Of a DNA stretch of 46,821 bases, positions 27,488 to 36,188 are shown piece by piece (the stretch's first letter is position 1; each line of letters begins with the position of its first letter). The stretch is from Fidelibacterota bacterium (GTDB lineage: Bacteria; Fidelibacterota; Marinisomatia; Marinisomatales; UBA8229), in contig DPYO01000052.1 in NCBI GenBank assembly GCA_003535775.1, positions 1 through 46,821 on the forward strand. Reading direction: 5' to 3'. The notes beneath the pieces are model-generated. The model was not told the DNA's origin, did no database searches, and saw only the letters and a program-made list of their open reading frames with translations. A program made the translations under genes and the position numbers.

Positions 27488-30400
27488 TTACCACTCATCT
27501 TCTTCATCCTCAACAATAAAGCCGTACCCTTCTGTCTCCAAGTGGCGTTTGACGATCGCGGATACATCCTGCTGCCCTTCAATCCCCCACAAGTAATCAC
27601 GTAGTGCCTTCAGCATTGCTTCGGAATCCGGATGCAGTTTAGCTACATCCTTTCCCCAGGCTGATTTCACATCTTCTATCTGTTCATCAATTGGCACGTA
27701 AGGTGTCGGCATCTTTGTTCCAGGTATAATTGCTTGAGGATCACGGAGCCAATCCAGAACCCATTCTGAACGCAACCGTTCTTTTGTTAATGATAAATCT
27801 GGTGCCCATGTAAGAGCTGCCTGTTTCGGTTTGGTGGAACCGTAAAAGTGACAGTTATTACAAGCACCCATATCCTGAATAACATCACCTGCCCTGTACG
27901 AGGAGGAAGACTTAGATATTTGATGGGGGTTCTCATACGCTAATGTCTGACCGTCCTTAATCTGAAAATATTTGATGATTTTATTCCAATCTTTATCCGA
28001 AATCACTGCAAAAGTGGGCATCCGTACTTGGAGGTTAGGACGAATCATGGTTGGATGGTTTAAGAAATTAAATAACCACTCCGGTTGGACCTTTCTTCCT
28101 TCTGTGTCCAATATCGGCGGAGCAAAAGATTGGATTAAACTAGGATCCTCTGCAGAACTTGCACCTGCGATATCCCCTAACCAGGTGGCAATTGTAGGCT
28201 GGATTGCACCGCCTTTATCATCAATTATATGGCAACCCAAACAATTATAAATTCGAATTAATTCTTCTCCTGCTTCAATTGCAAGGTTTCTCTCATTTCT
28301 TTCCGGTATTTTCGATTCGGGAATTTCATCTTTTACAAAACCAATCAAAGCTGTAACAATTGCTGCAATTTCATCATCCGTAAAATCATAATTAGGCATG
28401 CGTAATTTTTCATCTGGCAATTTTACTTTTCCCCGGTCAAAAATTCGTGGTTCCTTTAATTTCTGCGTAAACCAAGCTTCCCTTGAATGGGGTATTTCAA
28501 TAAATCCAAAATCAAGTTTTTCAACCAGTTTACTACCCTCAAATGTTAATTCTGTACCTATCGGCTTGTCATTTTCAAAGCCCGGGATGTCATGGCAGCC
28601 AAAACATCCATACATTCGTATTAATTTTTCACCATTATAATCCAGTTTTTCCTCAAAAGTCATTTCCCCTCTTTTTATCCGGGAATCTTTATCTGATTTC
28701 ATTTTCTTAAGAAAATCAAGGGTGATTTCATCAAGAACCTTCTCATTTATACTGGGAATATTCTTTTCGGAAAATCCTTCTTTTGTTAATGAGGATAGAT
28801 ACGAAGCAATATCTGCAGCTTCCTGATTGGTAAGTCGAAGGTTTGGCATTCTGGTTGAAGAAGAATACTTTTGTGGGTCTTTTAACCAGGAATAAATCCA
28901 ATTGAGGGAGGTTTTTGACCCTGTTCCTACCAGGTTAGGTCCTTGTTCTCTTCTAAGTGTTTCTATTGAGGTTGTTTGATTTAATGGATCTGGGGCAATC
29001 TGGTGGCAACCAAAACAGCCTAAAGATGAGACAAGTAGTTCTCCATTCTTCCCATCACCTTTTATGGGAACAGAATCCATTCCATATTCTGAACTATTTT
29101 TAAACAAATAATGAACGATCGCATGGATTTCCTGATTTGTACGATTTTGTGAGTCTTCATCACTGTTATTCGACTGGTTAAAGAAACGAGGCATCCAGGT
29201 ATTATGCCGAAATGATTTGGGATCGCTGATCCAATTATACGCCCACTCCTTAGTCACTTTTGAGGCAACCTTCTCTAAGCTTGGTCCTGCCTTTGGACGA
29301 TCTTTATATTTATCAATTTTATGGCAGCCAAAACATCCTGAACGTTCAATCAAGTTTAATCCCAGATTTAACTTGTCTGCATATTTTACAGAGGTCTCAT
29401 TTGAATGGCATTTAAAACAACTTGCTTCTACATATTGCATTGGAAGCATTGGAGTATCCCAATGATGTAATTGATGCCAGTTATATTTTTCCTCCCATTC
29501 CTTTGCTTGTTCATGCGATGATGGTACATGAACTGTAGAAATAAAATCAGTTCCACGCCCGCGGCCACCATGGCAGCTAGTACATCCAAATTCTTCAACT
29601 GGGTGGGGTGACGTACTTGATAAATATAAATCTAATCTTGGATGTGCTTTAAATGGCTGGATATCACTTTCAAATCCTTGATCAAGAATTCCTTTATGAC
29701 ACGTCATACATCGGTCTACTTTTGGAACTCTAGTAAAATTAACATTATCAGTTATATCTTTAACAACAACCTGTTCTACTTTATAGTATGGAGATAAAAA
29801 ATCAACAAAAGGTAAATCTCTGATTATATTTCCGATCTTGTTTGAAAAATCCATATGAACAGGGTCGAGATTTGTCAATTTTCTTTCAATAAGAGTTGCT
29901 TCTTTTGTCAGCTTTCCTTTTTCTGCTTTAACCTCATTTATTTCTTTACTGAATTGTTTAACCAAAACAGATTGTTCATCATAATCATCTTGTGCAGCTT
30001 CCAATACCAATTGAATTTCCAACATCTCAGTTTGGATTTTTCCCAACTTTTCTTCCAACTCATTTGCTTCTGATAAATGATGTGTACCTGCCTCTTCATA
30101 TTCATATTTAAGAGCATCATATTTCGCCTTTGAAAAGTTGAATTCCTGCTGTACTCTGTATAATACTGCATCCTTTTTTAATAATTCTTCTTCAGTCCGG
30201 GAAATCGCTTCAGATTTTTCGTTATATAATTCCTTAAAATTAGTTAGTCTTTTTTGAATGTCCTTGTATTCAGCAGTCCCTTCATATAATTTAGATGCCT
30301 TCTCAAACTCTTCATTTGTTTTCTCAATTTGAAGTGCTCTGAAATCACGCTGGTAATCTTTCCATGATCTAGAATAATCATCAACAAAAGACCATACCAA

Positions 30401-30496
30401 AACAGCAAAAAAGATTAAACTGGAAATGGCAAACCAGATATTTAAATTTGAAATATTGTATAGTCTCTCTTGAAAGTTCTCTGGTTTTTCTGCCAT
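27488..30496 (-). CDS. membrane-anchored octaheme c-type cytochrome with N-terminal coiled-coil stalk
   Basis: 1002 aa with one N-terminal TM helix (about residues 19-37) and about 170 aa of heptad-like charged sequence. Eight CxxCH motifs follow: CMTCH, CTSCH, CFKCH, CFGCH x3, CLGCH and CNNCH. The last five each sit in a repeated class-I-like module followed by a '(R)MP' putative Met ligand. It is the last gene of the Rieske/cyt b operon. Confidence 0.85.
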   Translation of the reverse strand: MAEKPENFQERLYNISNLNIWFAISSLIFFAVLVWSFVDDYSRSWKDYQRDFRALQIEKTNEEFEKASKLYEGTAEYKDIQKRLTNFKELYNEKSEAISRTEEELLKKDAVLYRVQQEFNFSKAKYDALKYEYEEAGTHHLSEANELEEKLGKIQTEMLEIQLVLEAAQDDYDEQSVLVKQFSKEINEVKAEKGKLTKEATLIERKLTNLDPVHMDFSNKIGNIIRDLPFVDFLSPYYKVEQVVVKDITDNVNFTRVPKVDRCMTCHKGILDQGFESDIQPFKAHPRLDLYLSSTSPHPVEEFGCTSCHGGRGRGTDFISTVHVPSSHEQAKEWEEKYNWHQLHHWDTPMLPMQYVEASCFKCHSNETSVKYADKLNLGLNLIERSGCFGCHKIDKYKDRPKAGPSLEKVASKVTKEWAYNWISDPKSFRHNTWMPRFFNQSNNSDEDSQNRTNQEIHAIVHYLFKNSSEYGMDSVPIKGDGKNGELLVSSLGCFGCHQIAPDPLNQTTSIETLRREQGPNLVGTGSKTSLNWIYSWLKDPQKYSSSTRMPNLRLTNQEAADIASYLSSLTKEGFSEKNIPSINEKVLDEITLDFLKKMKSDKDSRIKRGEMTFEEKLDYNGEKLIRMYGCFGCHDIPGFENDKPIGTELTFEGSKLVEKLDFGFIEIPHSREAWFTQKLKEPRIFDRGKVKLPDEKLRMPNYDFTDDEIAAIVTALIGFVKDEIPESKIPERNERNLAIEAGEELIRIYNCLGCHIIDDKGGAIQPTIATWLGDIAGASSAEDPSLIQSFAPPILDTEGRKVQPEWLFNFLNHPTMIRPNLQVRMPTFAVISDKDWNKIIKYFQIKDGQTLAYENPHQISKSSSSYRAGDVIQDMGACNNCHFYGSTKPKQAALTWAPDLSLTKERLRSEWVLDWLRDPQAIIPGTKMPTPYVPIDEQIEDVKSAWGKDVAKLHPDSEAMLKALRDYLWGIEGQQDVSAIVKRHLETEGYGFIVEDEEDEW

Positions 30497-30508
30497 ATAT
30501 AAGTAAGT

Positions 30509-31624
30509 TTATATATTGAAAAAATACTCTGGAATTGCCACAATATATTTCAAATTAAACATCCATCTGAGATACATTTTTATAGGTAGACTTATTGCAA
30601 ATAAAATTAAAATAATAAAAACACTATAGCGGAGGTTGCCCAACTTCTGATGCAGTTTATTTAACATGCTTTTTGCTAACAATGGGGGTAAAACCATAAA
30701 GTATCCTAAGATCAATAAAAATCCCCACATCTCCCGGATTAAAATATTATCAGGAAGCCCCGAACGGAACCAAATTATATAAATGTATTCTGATAGATTT
30801 ATATTTGTAAGCGGTGCCAATTTGTGAATATCCCAATACTCAAATGGACCGAAAAAATTCCAGTTTGGTCCTCTTAAAAATGTACCAACTATAATTAGAA
30901 GAATCCAAAGTACCAGCCATCCAAACATAAATAAGGATACAGCCATTTTTCTCTGTTTGAAACTATAGTATCCAACTCCTTCCTTATTGATATCTAGATA
31001 AGGAATTGCCATAAGACCAATAATCATGATGGTAGGAAAAAGGACTCCTGCAATCCATGGATCAAAGTACACTAACATTTCCTGCAATCCTAAAAAATAC
31101 CAGGGTGCTTTGGAAGGATTTGGAGACAGGGTGGGATTTGCAGGCTGTTCTAAGGGTGCTGGTAGAGCAATTGACCACACTACTAATAAGACTGTACACA
31201 ACACCAAAGCAATGAGTTCTATGTAAACTAGATCTGGCCAGGTTAATACCTTATCGTCTGGGTCATGATATTCATTTACCTTTTCATTATTATCAATCCG
31301 CTTATCATTTTCAGTGGCTTGTTTCATACTCAGCCATGTAAAAAACGCAACCAGAAAAATTAATCCAACAATAGGTACGTTATCTGGCTTCAAAACAATA
31401 AGTTTGAAATTCTCATCTGTTAATCCAAAAAGAAAAAAGGTTAACAATCCTAATAATATCAGGATTCCACCTTTATTTGTCCAGATAAGATCTAACTTGA
31501 ATTTCTTGTTCCATTTGTAGAACCAATCATTTGGTGGAAAAATGAAAAAGAAAGTTAAGAGAATAAAGGTTAACATAACGGTTGGGGAGGAAACCGTATT
31601 TATTATATGTTTTATTAACTCCAC
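30509..31624 (-). CDS. cytochrome b C-terminal domain / subunit IV-like protein, enlarged (371 aa)
   Basis: GTG start 21 nt after the cytochrome b stop. It carries the quinol-site 'PNPSKAPWYFLGLQEMLVYF' (PEWY-type motif) and multiple extra TM helices on both sides of the motif. Confidence 0.8.
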   Translation of the reverse strand: MELIKHIINTVSSPTVMLTFILLTFFFIFPPNDWFYKWNKKFKLDLIWTNKGGILILLGLLTFFLFGLTDENFKLIVLKPDNVPIVGLIFLVAFFTWLSMKQATENDKRIDNNEKVNEYHDPDDKVLTWPDLVYIELIALVLCTVLLVVWSIALPAPLEQPANPTLSPNPSKAPWYFLGLQEMLVYFDPWIAGVLFPTIMIIGLMAIPYLDINKEGVGYYSFKQRKMAVSLFMFGWLVLWILLIIVGTFLRGPNWNFFGPFEYWDIHKLAPLTNINLSEYIYIIWFRSGLPDNILIREMWGFLLILGYFMVLPPLLAKSMLNKLHQKLGNLRYSVFIILILFAISLPIKMYLRWMFNLKYIVAIPEYFFNI

Positions 31625-31645
31625 TGGTATAAGTATCTCATCAAT

Positions 31646-32449
31646 TTAAAGCGGTGTAGTAATTCCACCATCTTTTCGAATTCTCCAGAAATGTATTGCC
31701 ATAAAAATTATGATAATAAACGGAAAACCAATACAATGCAGTACATAGAATCGTAATAGAGCAGCCTCACCTACAAAACGACCTCCAAGTAATGCAAATC
31801 TCACATCACTTCCTGCATGAACCAGGTTAATATCCCCAATTGAAAGTAAAGCCGCACCAGGTCCTTCGTGACCTAAAAATGGAGTTGCTCTTGCCATATT
31901 TGTTCCCACAGTGATTGCCCATATTGCTAATTGATCCCAGGGTAAAAGATAACCGGTAAAACTTAGTAACAATGTTAAAACGAGCAGAATAACTCCAACC
32001 ATCCAATTGAACTCCCGTCGGTGGCTTATACGATCCAGTCATGAAAACTCTGAACATATGAATCCAAACTGTTATGACCATAAGATGAGCTGCCCAGCGG
32101 TGGATTTCACGCATAATTCCTAATGGAACCTGTTCACCCAAATCCATAATATCTGTATAAGCATATTCAACAGTAGGCCTATAATAAAACATGAGGAGAA
32201 TTCCTGTGATAGTCAATACACAAAAAATATAAAAAGACAATCCCCCAGCACACCATGTGTATTTCAATCTTAACAGCATGACGCGGCATCCTTACCGGAT
32301 GAAGATGGAGGAATACACTATTCAATACAGAAAACATGCGACCACGCCTGTTTACTTGGTACTCCTGATCTAATTATAGATTTCCAAACCTGAGAATCTC
32401 CAAATCTGGAAATAAAGCCTCCCTTTTTTCCCTTTTGATCTTTAGCCAT
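31646..32449 (-). pseudogene. cytochrome b (b6-type, N-terminal four-helix heme domain) interrupted by three +1 frame changes; pseudogene, assembly artefact or recoded gene
   Basis: The conserved sequence is spread over three frames. Segment 1 is MAKDQKGKKGGFISRFGDSQVWKSIIRSGVPSK. Segment 2 is RRGRMFSVLNSVFLHLHPVRMPRHAVK. Segment 3 is LKYTWCAGGLSF...[28 protein letters not shown]. Segment 4 is [12 protein letters not shown]...[15 protein letters not shown]...[26 protein letters not shown]. The junctions lie near 32350, 32268 and 32018. Track ORFs 31827..32279 and 31646..32002 are segments 3 and 4. Confidence 0.8.
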
Positions 32450-32491
32450 ACTTTTTATAATCCTGTTATTGTTACTTAATTTATAAAATCC

Positions 32492-33214
32492 CTAAACAAT
32501 AAGATATGATTCCGGATCTTTCCATTGTCCTTTTTCGTAAGCATATTTCTTCGTTTTATCAATGAGAATCTGACCATCATTTGCTAATGATATTCTAAAC
32601 CGTTCTAAGGGACGTGGTGCAGGACCCTCAAAATTGATGCCGGTTTTTCGGAACCCACTTCCATGGCATGGACATTTAAATTTACTCTCATTTTTTAACC
32701 AATTCGGAGTACACCCCAGGTGTGTGCAAACTGTTGATAAAGCATAAATTTGTTCTGTTGATCTGATTATCCATACACCGAATTTATTTTTTAAATTTGT
32801 AGACACTTCACCAATTGTATAGTCATCAGGATAGCCTGCTTTAAAAGTCTGTTTTGGCTCAAATAAAACATTTGGAAACATAAATCGTAGAATTATTCCA
32901 AAAAAAGTTCCGGTAGCAGCAGTGAATGCCAACCAAGCCAGGGTAAGCCAGGAAAAAAAAGAGCGTCTTTTTATTGGTTCTACTAAAATTGATCCTTTAC
33001 CAATGGAGGCACGTTTTTGAGAAGGATTTTTTTCCGGTTCGCCTTTAGGTACCTCTGGTTTTTTTGAATCCAGGTTCTGTTCATCTACAGAATCCATTTG
33101 GGGATTAGCACTATCACTACTAATTTCATCGGTCTGTCTAGAACTTTGTTCATTTTCTTCAGTATTATTTACATCATTTGGTATGTTTTTATGTTTATCC
33201 ATAGGAAACATCAT
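32492..33214 (-). CDS. Rieske [2Fe-2S] iron-sulfur subunit
   Basis: Cluster boxes 'CTHLGC' and 'CPCHGSGF', a twin-arginine-like 'KRRSFFSWL', then a TM helix. It has a long polar N-terminal extension. Confidence 0.9.
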   Translation of the reverse strand: MMFPMDKHKNIPNDVNNTEENEQSSRQTDEISSDSANPQMDSVDEQNLDSKKPEVPKGEPEKNPSQKRASIGKGSILVEPIKRRSFFSWLTLAWLAFTAATGTFFGIILRFMFPNVLFEPKQTFKAGYPDDYTIGEVSTNLKNKFGVWIIRSTEQIYALSTVCTHLGCTPNWLKNESKFKCPCHGSGFRKTGINFEGPAPRPLERFRISLANDGQILIDKTKKYAYEKGQWKDPESYLIV

Positions 33215-34100
33215 ATTCCATCCACTGGTTAGAAGAACTCGTATTTATTTTTAACACATCCATTGCTGTTTTTCGAATATTAATATTATTTTCCTCATCA
33301 GCCAGTTCTTGAATCTTACTATTAATGATGGGGTCATTTAGAAGTATTCCTGCTCTGATTGCAATAATTCGAGCCTGATCCCGTTCCCGTATATCCACCT
33401 CTGGGAAATTAATGAAAAATTTGCCTTCGATCAATTTTAATATTATTTCACGGCCAGAATCATCTCCAATTTTAGCAAGAGATATAGCTGCATCCCATCT
33501 AATATTTGGTTGACTATCATATAATGATTTTTTTAAATCCTCTATTACTTTTGGATCAGCAATATTTCCGAAAGCAATAACAGTTTGCAAGCGAATGTTT
33601 TCATCTTCATGATCTAAAAATAGTTTCAGTTTTTCGACTGCTTTCCCAGATTTTAAAAGACCCAGCGCTCTTATGATAGCAGGAATATTTTCAGTATTTT
33701 CATTTTCAATTTCAGAAAGTAACGGATCGATATATCTGCTATTACCAGTTCTTCCCATTGCCAGGGCAAGATATTGTCGTACTCGATTATCATCATGTTT
33801 GGACTGTTTAAATATATTGATCATCTCTGAAATAAACCGATCATCCTTTGAGATTTCATCGGAAATGTACAAAACCTTTGAAAGTTCAAAGGCAGATTGC
33901 CAGCGTTTAGTAGCGCCACCAATTTTGATATCATTCAGATAATCATAGGGGGTAGCATCCTCATAGGTCAGAAGACTAAACAAACTATAAATAAACACCA
34001 AAGATGCGGCTACAAGAAAAGGAATAATCACAAATGAGTGAAACAATATCTTAAAAATGGATTTTTCCGGTTCGTTCGGGATTGGGATTTGATCTGTCAT
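33195..34100 (-). CDS. HEAT-repeat (PBS-lyase-type) protein with N-terminal TM anchor
   Basis: TM helix 'FVIIPFLVAASLVFIYSLFSLL' followed by repeated 'xxVRxxAxxALGxxGxxxAxxxL' HEAT-like units ('NRVRQYLALAMGRTG', 'IPAIIRALGLL', 'ENIRLQTVIAFGNI', 'PNIRWDAAISLAKIG'). It overlaps the Rieske start. Confidence 0.7.
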   Translation of the reverse strand: MTDQIPIPNEPEKSIFKILFHSFVIIPFLVAASLVFIYSLFSLLTYEDATPYDYLNDIKIGGATKRWQSAFELSKVLYISDEISKDDRFISEMINIFKQSKHDDNRVRQYLALAMGRTGNSRYIDPLLSEIENENTENIPAIIRALGLLKSGKAVEKLKLFLDHEDENIRLQTVIAFGNIADPKVIEDLKKSLYDSQPNIRWDAAISLAKIGDDSGREIILKLIEGKFFINFPEVDIRERDQARIIAIRAGILLNDPIINSKIQELADEENNINIRKTAMDVLKINTSSSNQWMEYDVSYG

Positions 34101-34182
34101 TAATTACCTAAACCACAAATTGTATCAAGAATCAAATTAAAACTATCTCTAAAAAATTTACAAGAGCAAAAACGGGAACTTA

Positions 34183-35082
34183 TCACCCTAGTTTTTCCCT
34201 TTTTCGAAGGTACTGACTGAGAGCAATATCCAAATCTTGATCTGTAAACAAAGGAATATAATCTATTAATCGTTTTCGGCATTGCTTTCGGTATTTATCC
34301 TGAAATTCAAGCATCAAGTCCTTGTAAGAATTACGAATTTGCCACGGCTCTGTAGTAACCAGTTCCCCTGTTTCCATATCCTTAAACCGGGTGCGGGTGT
34401 TAAAATTGAAGTTCAATTCCTGACGATCAAGAATGTGAAAGACAATTACCTCCTGTTTATTGTATCTGAAATGTTTTAATCCCCCTATAATTGCATCAAA
34501 ATCATCGAAAAGGTCAGAGATCAGAATAACAAGTCCACGTTTCTTGATCCGATCAGCCATTTCGTGTAATACATTTCCAATCTGTGTATCTTCACCAGGA
34601 TTTATCTGATCCAGTTGGGAAAAAATGGTATTTAGATGACTGGATGTTGAGCGAGGAGGAATAAATGACTGGATTTTTTTATCAAATAGAATGAGACCGA
34701 TCCCATCTTTTTGATTAAGCATCAGATAAGAAAGGGCTGCAGTAAGGTAACTTGCATATTCCAATTTGGATATGTTTTTGCTACGGTAAGTCATGGATTT
34801 ACTGATATCCATAATCAGGTACGAACGAAGATTGGTCTCTTCTTCATATTGCTTTACATAATACCGATCGGTTTTTCCATAAAGTTTCCAATCGATATGC
34901 CGAATCTCATCTCCCGGGCCATATGCCCTATGTTCCGCAAACTCTACACTAAATCCATGGTAGGGGCTTTTATGAAGTCCGATGATATATCCTTCAACTA
35001 CAAGTCTTGCTCTTAGTGACATATTACCCAGCTTTGCTGCCACCTCAGGATGAAGGTATTTTCTTTTATCTACAGCGGGCAA
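34183..35082 (-). CDS. DUF58 domain protein (vWA-like partner of MoxR)
   Basis: 'HKSPYHGFSVEFAEHRAYGPGDEIRHIDWKLYGKTDRYYVKQYEEE' is the DUF58 signature, with the vWA-like 'LIMDISKSM'. It begins 3 nt after the MoxR stop. Confidence 0.85.
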   Translation of the reverse strand: MPAVDKRKYLHPEVAAKLGNMSLRARLVVEGYIIGLHKSPYHGFSVEFAEHRAYGPGDEIRHIDWKLYGKTDRYYVKQYEEETNLRSYLIMDISKSMTYRSKNISKLEYASYLTAALSYLMLNQKDGIGLILFDKKIQSFIPPRSTSSHLNTIFSQLDQINPGEDTQIGNVLHEMADRIKKRGLVILISDLFDDFDAIIGGLKHFRYNKQEVIVFHILDRQELNFNFNTRTRFKDMETGELVTTEPWQIRNSYKDLMLEFQDKYRKQCRKRLIDYIPLFTDQDLDIALSQYLRKREKLG

Positions 35083-35085
35083 AAC

Positions 35086-36105
35086 TTAACTCTTTGCTTC
35101 CAACAATTTTACCAGGATATCATCGGTACTTAATCCTTCTGCTTCAGCATTAAAATTGGGGAGAATTCGATGCCTCATAACAGGGAAAACCAAATCCTTA
35201 ATATCATCAATATTTGGTGTTGGGCGACCATCCAAGACCGCTTTTGCTTTTGCACCAAGGATAAGATATTGAGAGGCCCTTGGTCCTGCTCCCCATTCAA
35301 TCCAGTCATTGATAAAATCAGGTGCAACTGCGGATCCTGGCCGGGTTGATGCTACTAAATCTACAGCATATTCCACTACATTTTCCGCCACAGGAACCCT
35401 GCGGATAAGATCTTGATAAGAAAGAAGATCGTTCCTGCCTATAACTTTTTTCAGTGTTTCAGAAGTTTGTCCGGTTGTGGTTTGTACAATGGCTATTTCT
35501 TCTGATCGATCAGGATAATTGATTTTGATATGAAACATAAACCTGTCCAACTGAGCCTCAGGAAGGGGGTAGGTCCCCTCCTGTTCAATAGGGTTCTGGG
35601 TTGCAAGTACAAAAAAGGGTTCCTCTAAAACATAGGAGGTACCTGATGCAGTAACCTTGTGCTCCTCCATCGCTTCCAACAGGGCAGCCTGTGTTTTTGG
35701 AGGTGTGCGGTTAATCTCGTCTGCCAGGATGATATTTCCAAAGATCGGCCCCTTAAAAAATCGAAACCCTCTTTTCCCTGTTGATTGATCTTCATCAATG
35801 ACCTCTGTTCCAGTAATGTCGCTAGGCATAAGATCGGGAGTGAACTGGATCCGCTTGAATTTCAATTCCAAAAGTTCAGCAATTGATTTGATCATCAGTG
35901 TTTTCGCCAAGCCCGGTACACCAACCAGGAGAGTGTGTCCTTTGCAGAATAAAGCAATTAGTATATGATCCAGAACGCTGACTTGACCAATAATTGATTT
36001 CCCAATTTCTGAAAGAAAATGGGTGCGGGCTTCAGTCAATTTTTCAAGTAAGTGTAAATCTTTTTGTTCTTTCATATTATTCCCTGTTTTGATATTTACA
36101 TTCAA
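35086..36105 (-). CDS. MoxR-family AAA+ ATPase
   Basis: Walker A 'GVPGLAKT', Walker B 'ILADEINR', 'VLATQNPIEQEGTYPLPEAQLDRF' and 'GAGPRASQ'. Confidence 0.92.
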   Translation of the reverse strand: MNVNIKTGNNMKEQKDLHLLEKLTEARTHFLSEIGKSIIGQVSVLDHILIALFCKGHTLLVGVPGLAKTLMIKSIAELLELKFKRIQFTPDLMPSDITGTEVIDEDQSTGKRGFRFFKGPIFGNIILADEINRTPPKTQAALLEAMEEHKVTASGTSYVLEEPFFVLATQNPIEQEGTYPLPEAQLDRFMFHIKINYPDRSEEIAIVQTTTGQTSETLKKVIGRNDLLSYQDLIRRVPVAENVVEYAVDLVASTRPGSAVAPDFINDWIEWGAGPRASQYLILGAKAKAVLDGRPTPNIDDIKDLVFPVMRHRILPNFNAEAEGLSTDDILVKLLEAKS

Positions 36106-36188
36106 AAACTAAAGAGGGAAAATTACGAGCCCCTTGTCCCTTTTACAATCTTATTGTCTTGCTCTCCCAATAAAGATTTGAGAAATTC

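Noticed and set aside
27972-29465. + strand ORFs inside the octaheme gene (27972..28250, 28398..28640, 29217..29465) with recurring 'WQPKHP/WQPKQL'
   Set aside because: They are antisense images of the repeated CFGCH / CLGCH heme-motif codons, not independent genes.
31827-32017. C-terminal ~64 codons of the 150-aa ORF (…[25 protein letters not shown]…) as real protein
   Set aside because: This stretch is an out-of-frame read-through of cytochrome b helix C/D DNA. The conserved sequence ([12 protein letters not shown]…) is in the +1 frame over the same nucleotides.
34100-34282. 60-aa minus-strand ORF between the DUF58 and HEAT genes
   Set aside because: Most of it overlaps the DUF58 3' end in another frame, its composition is not coding-like, and no motif was found.
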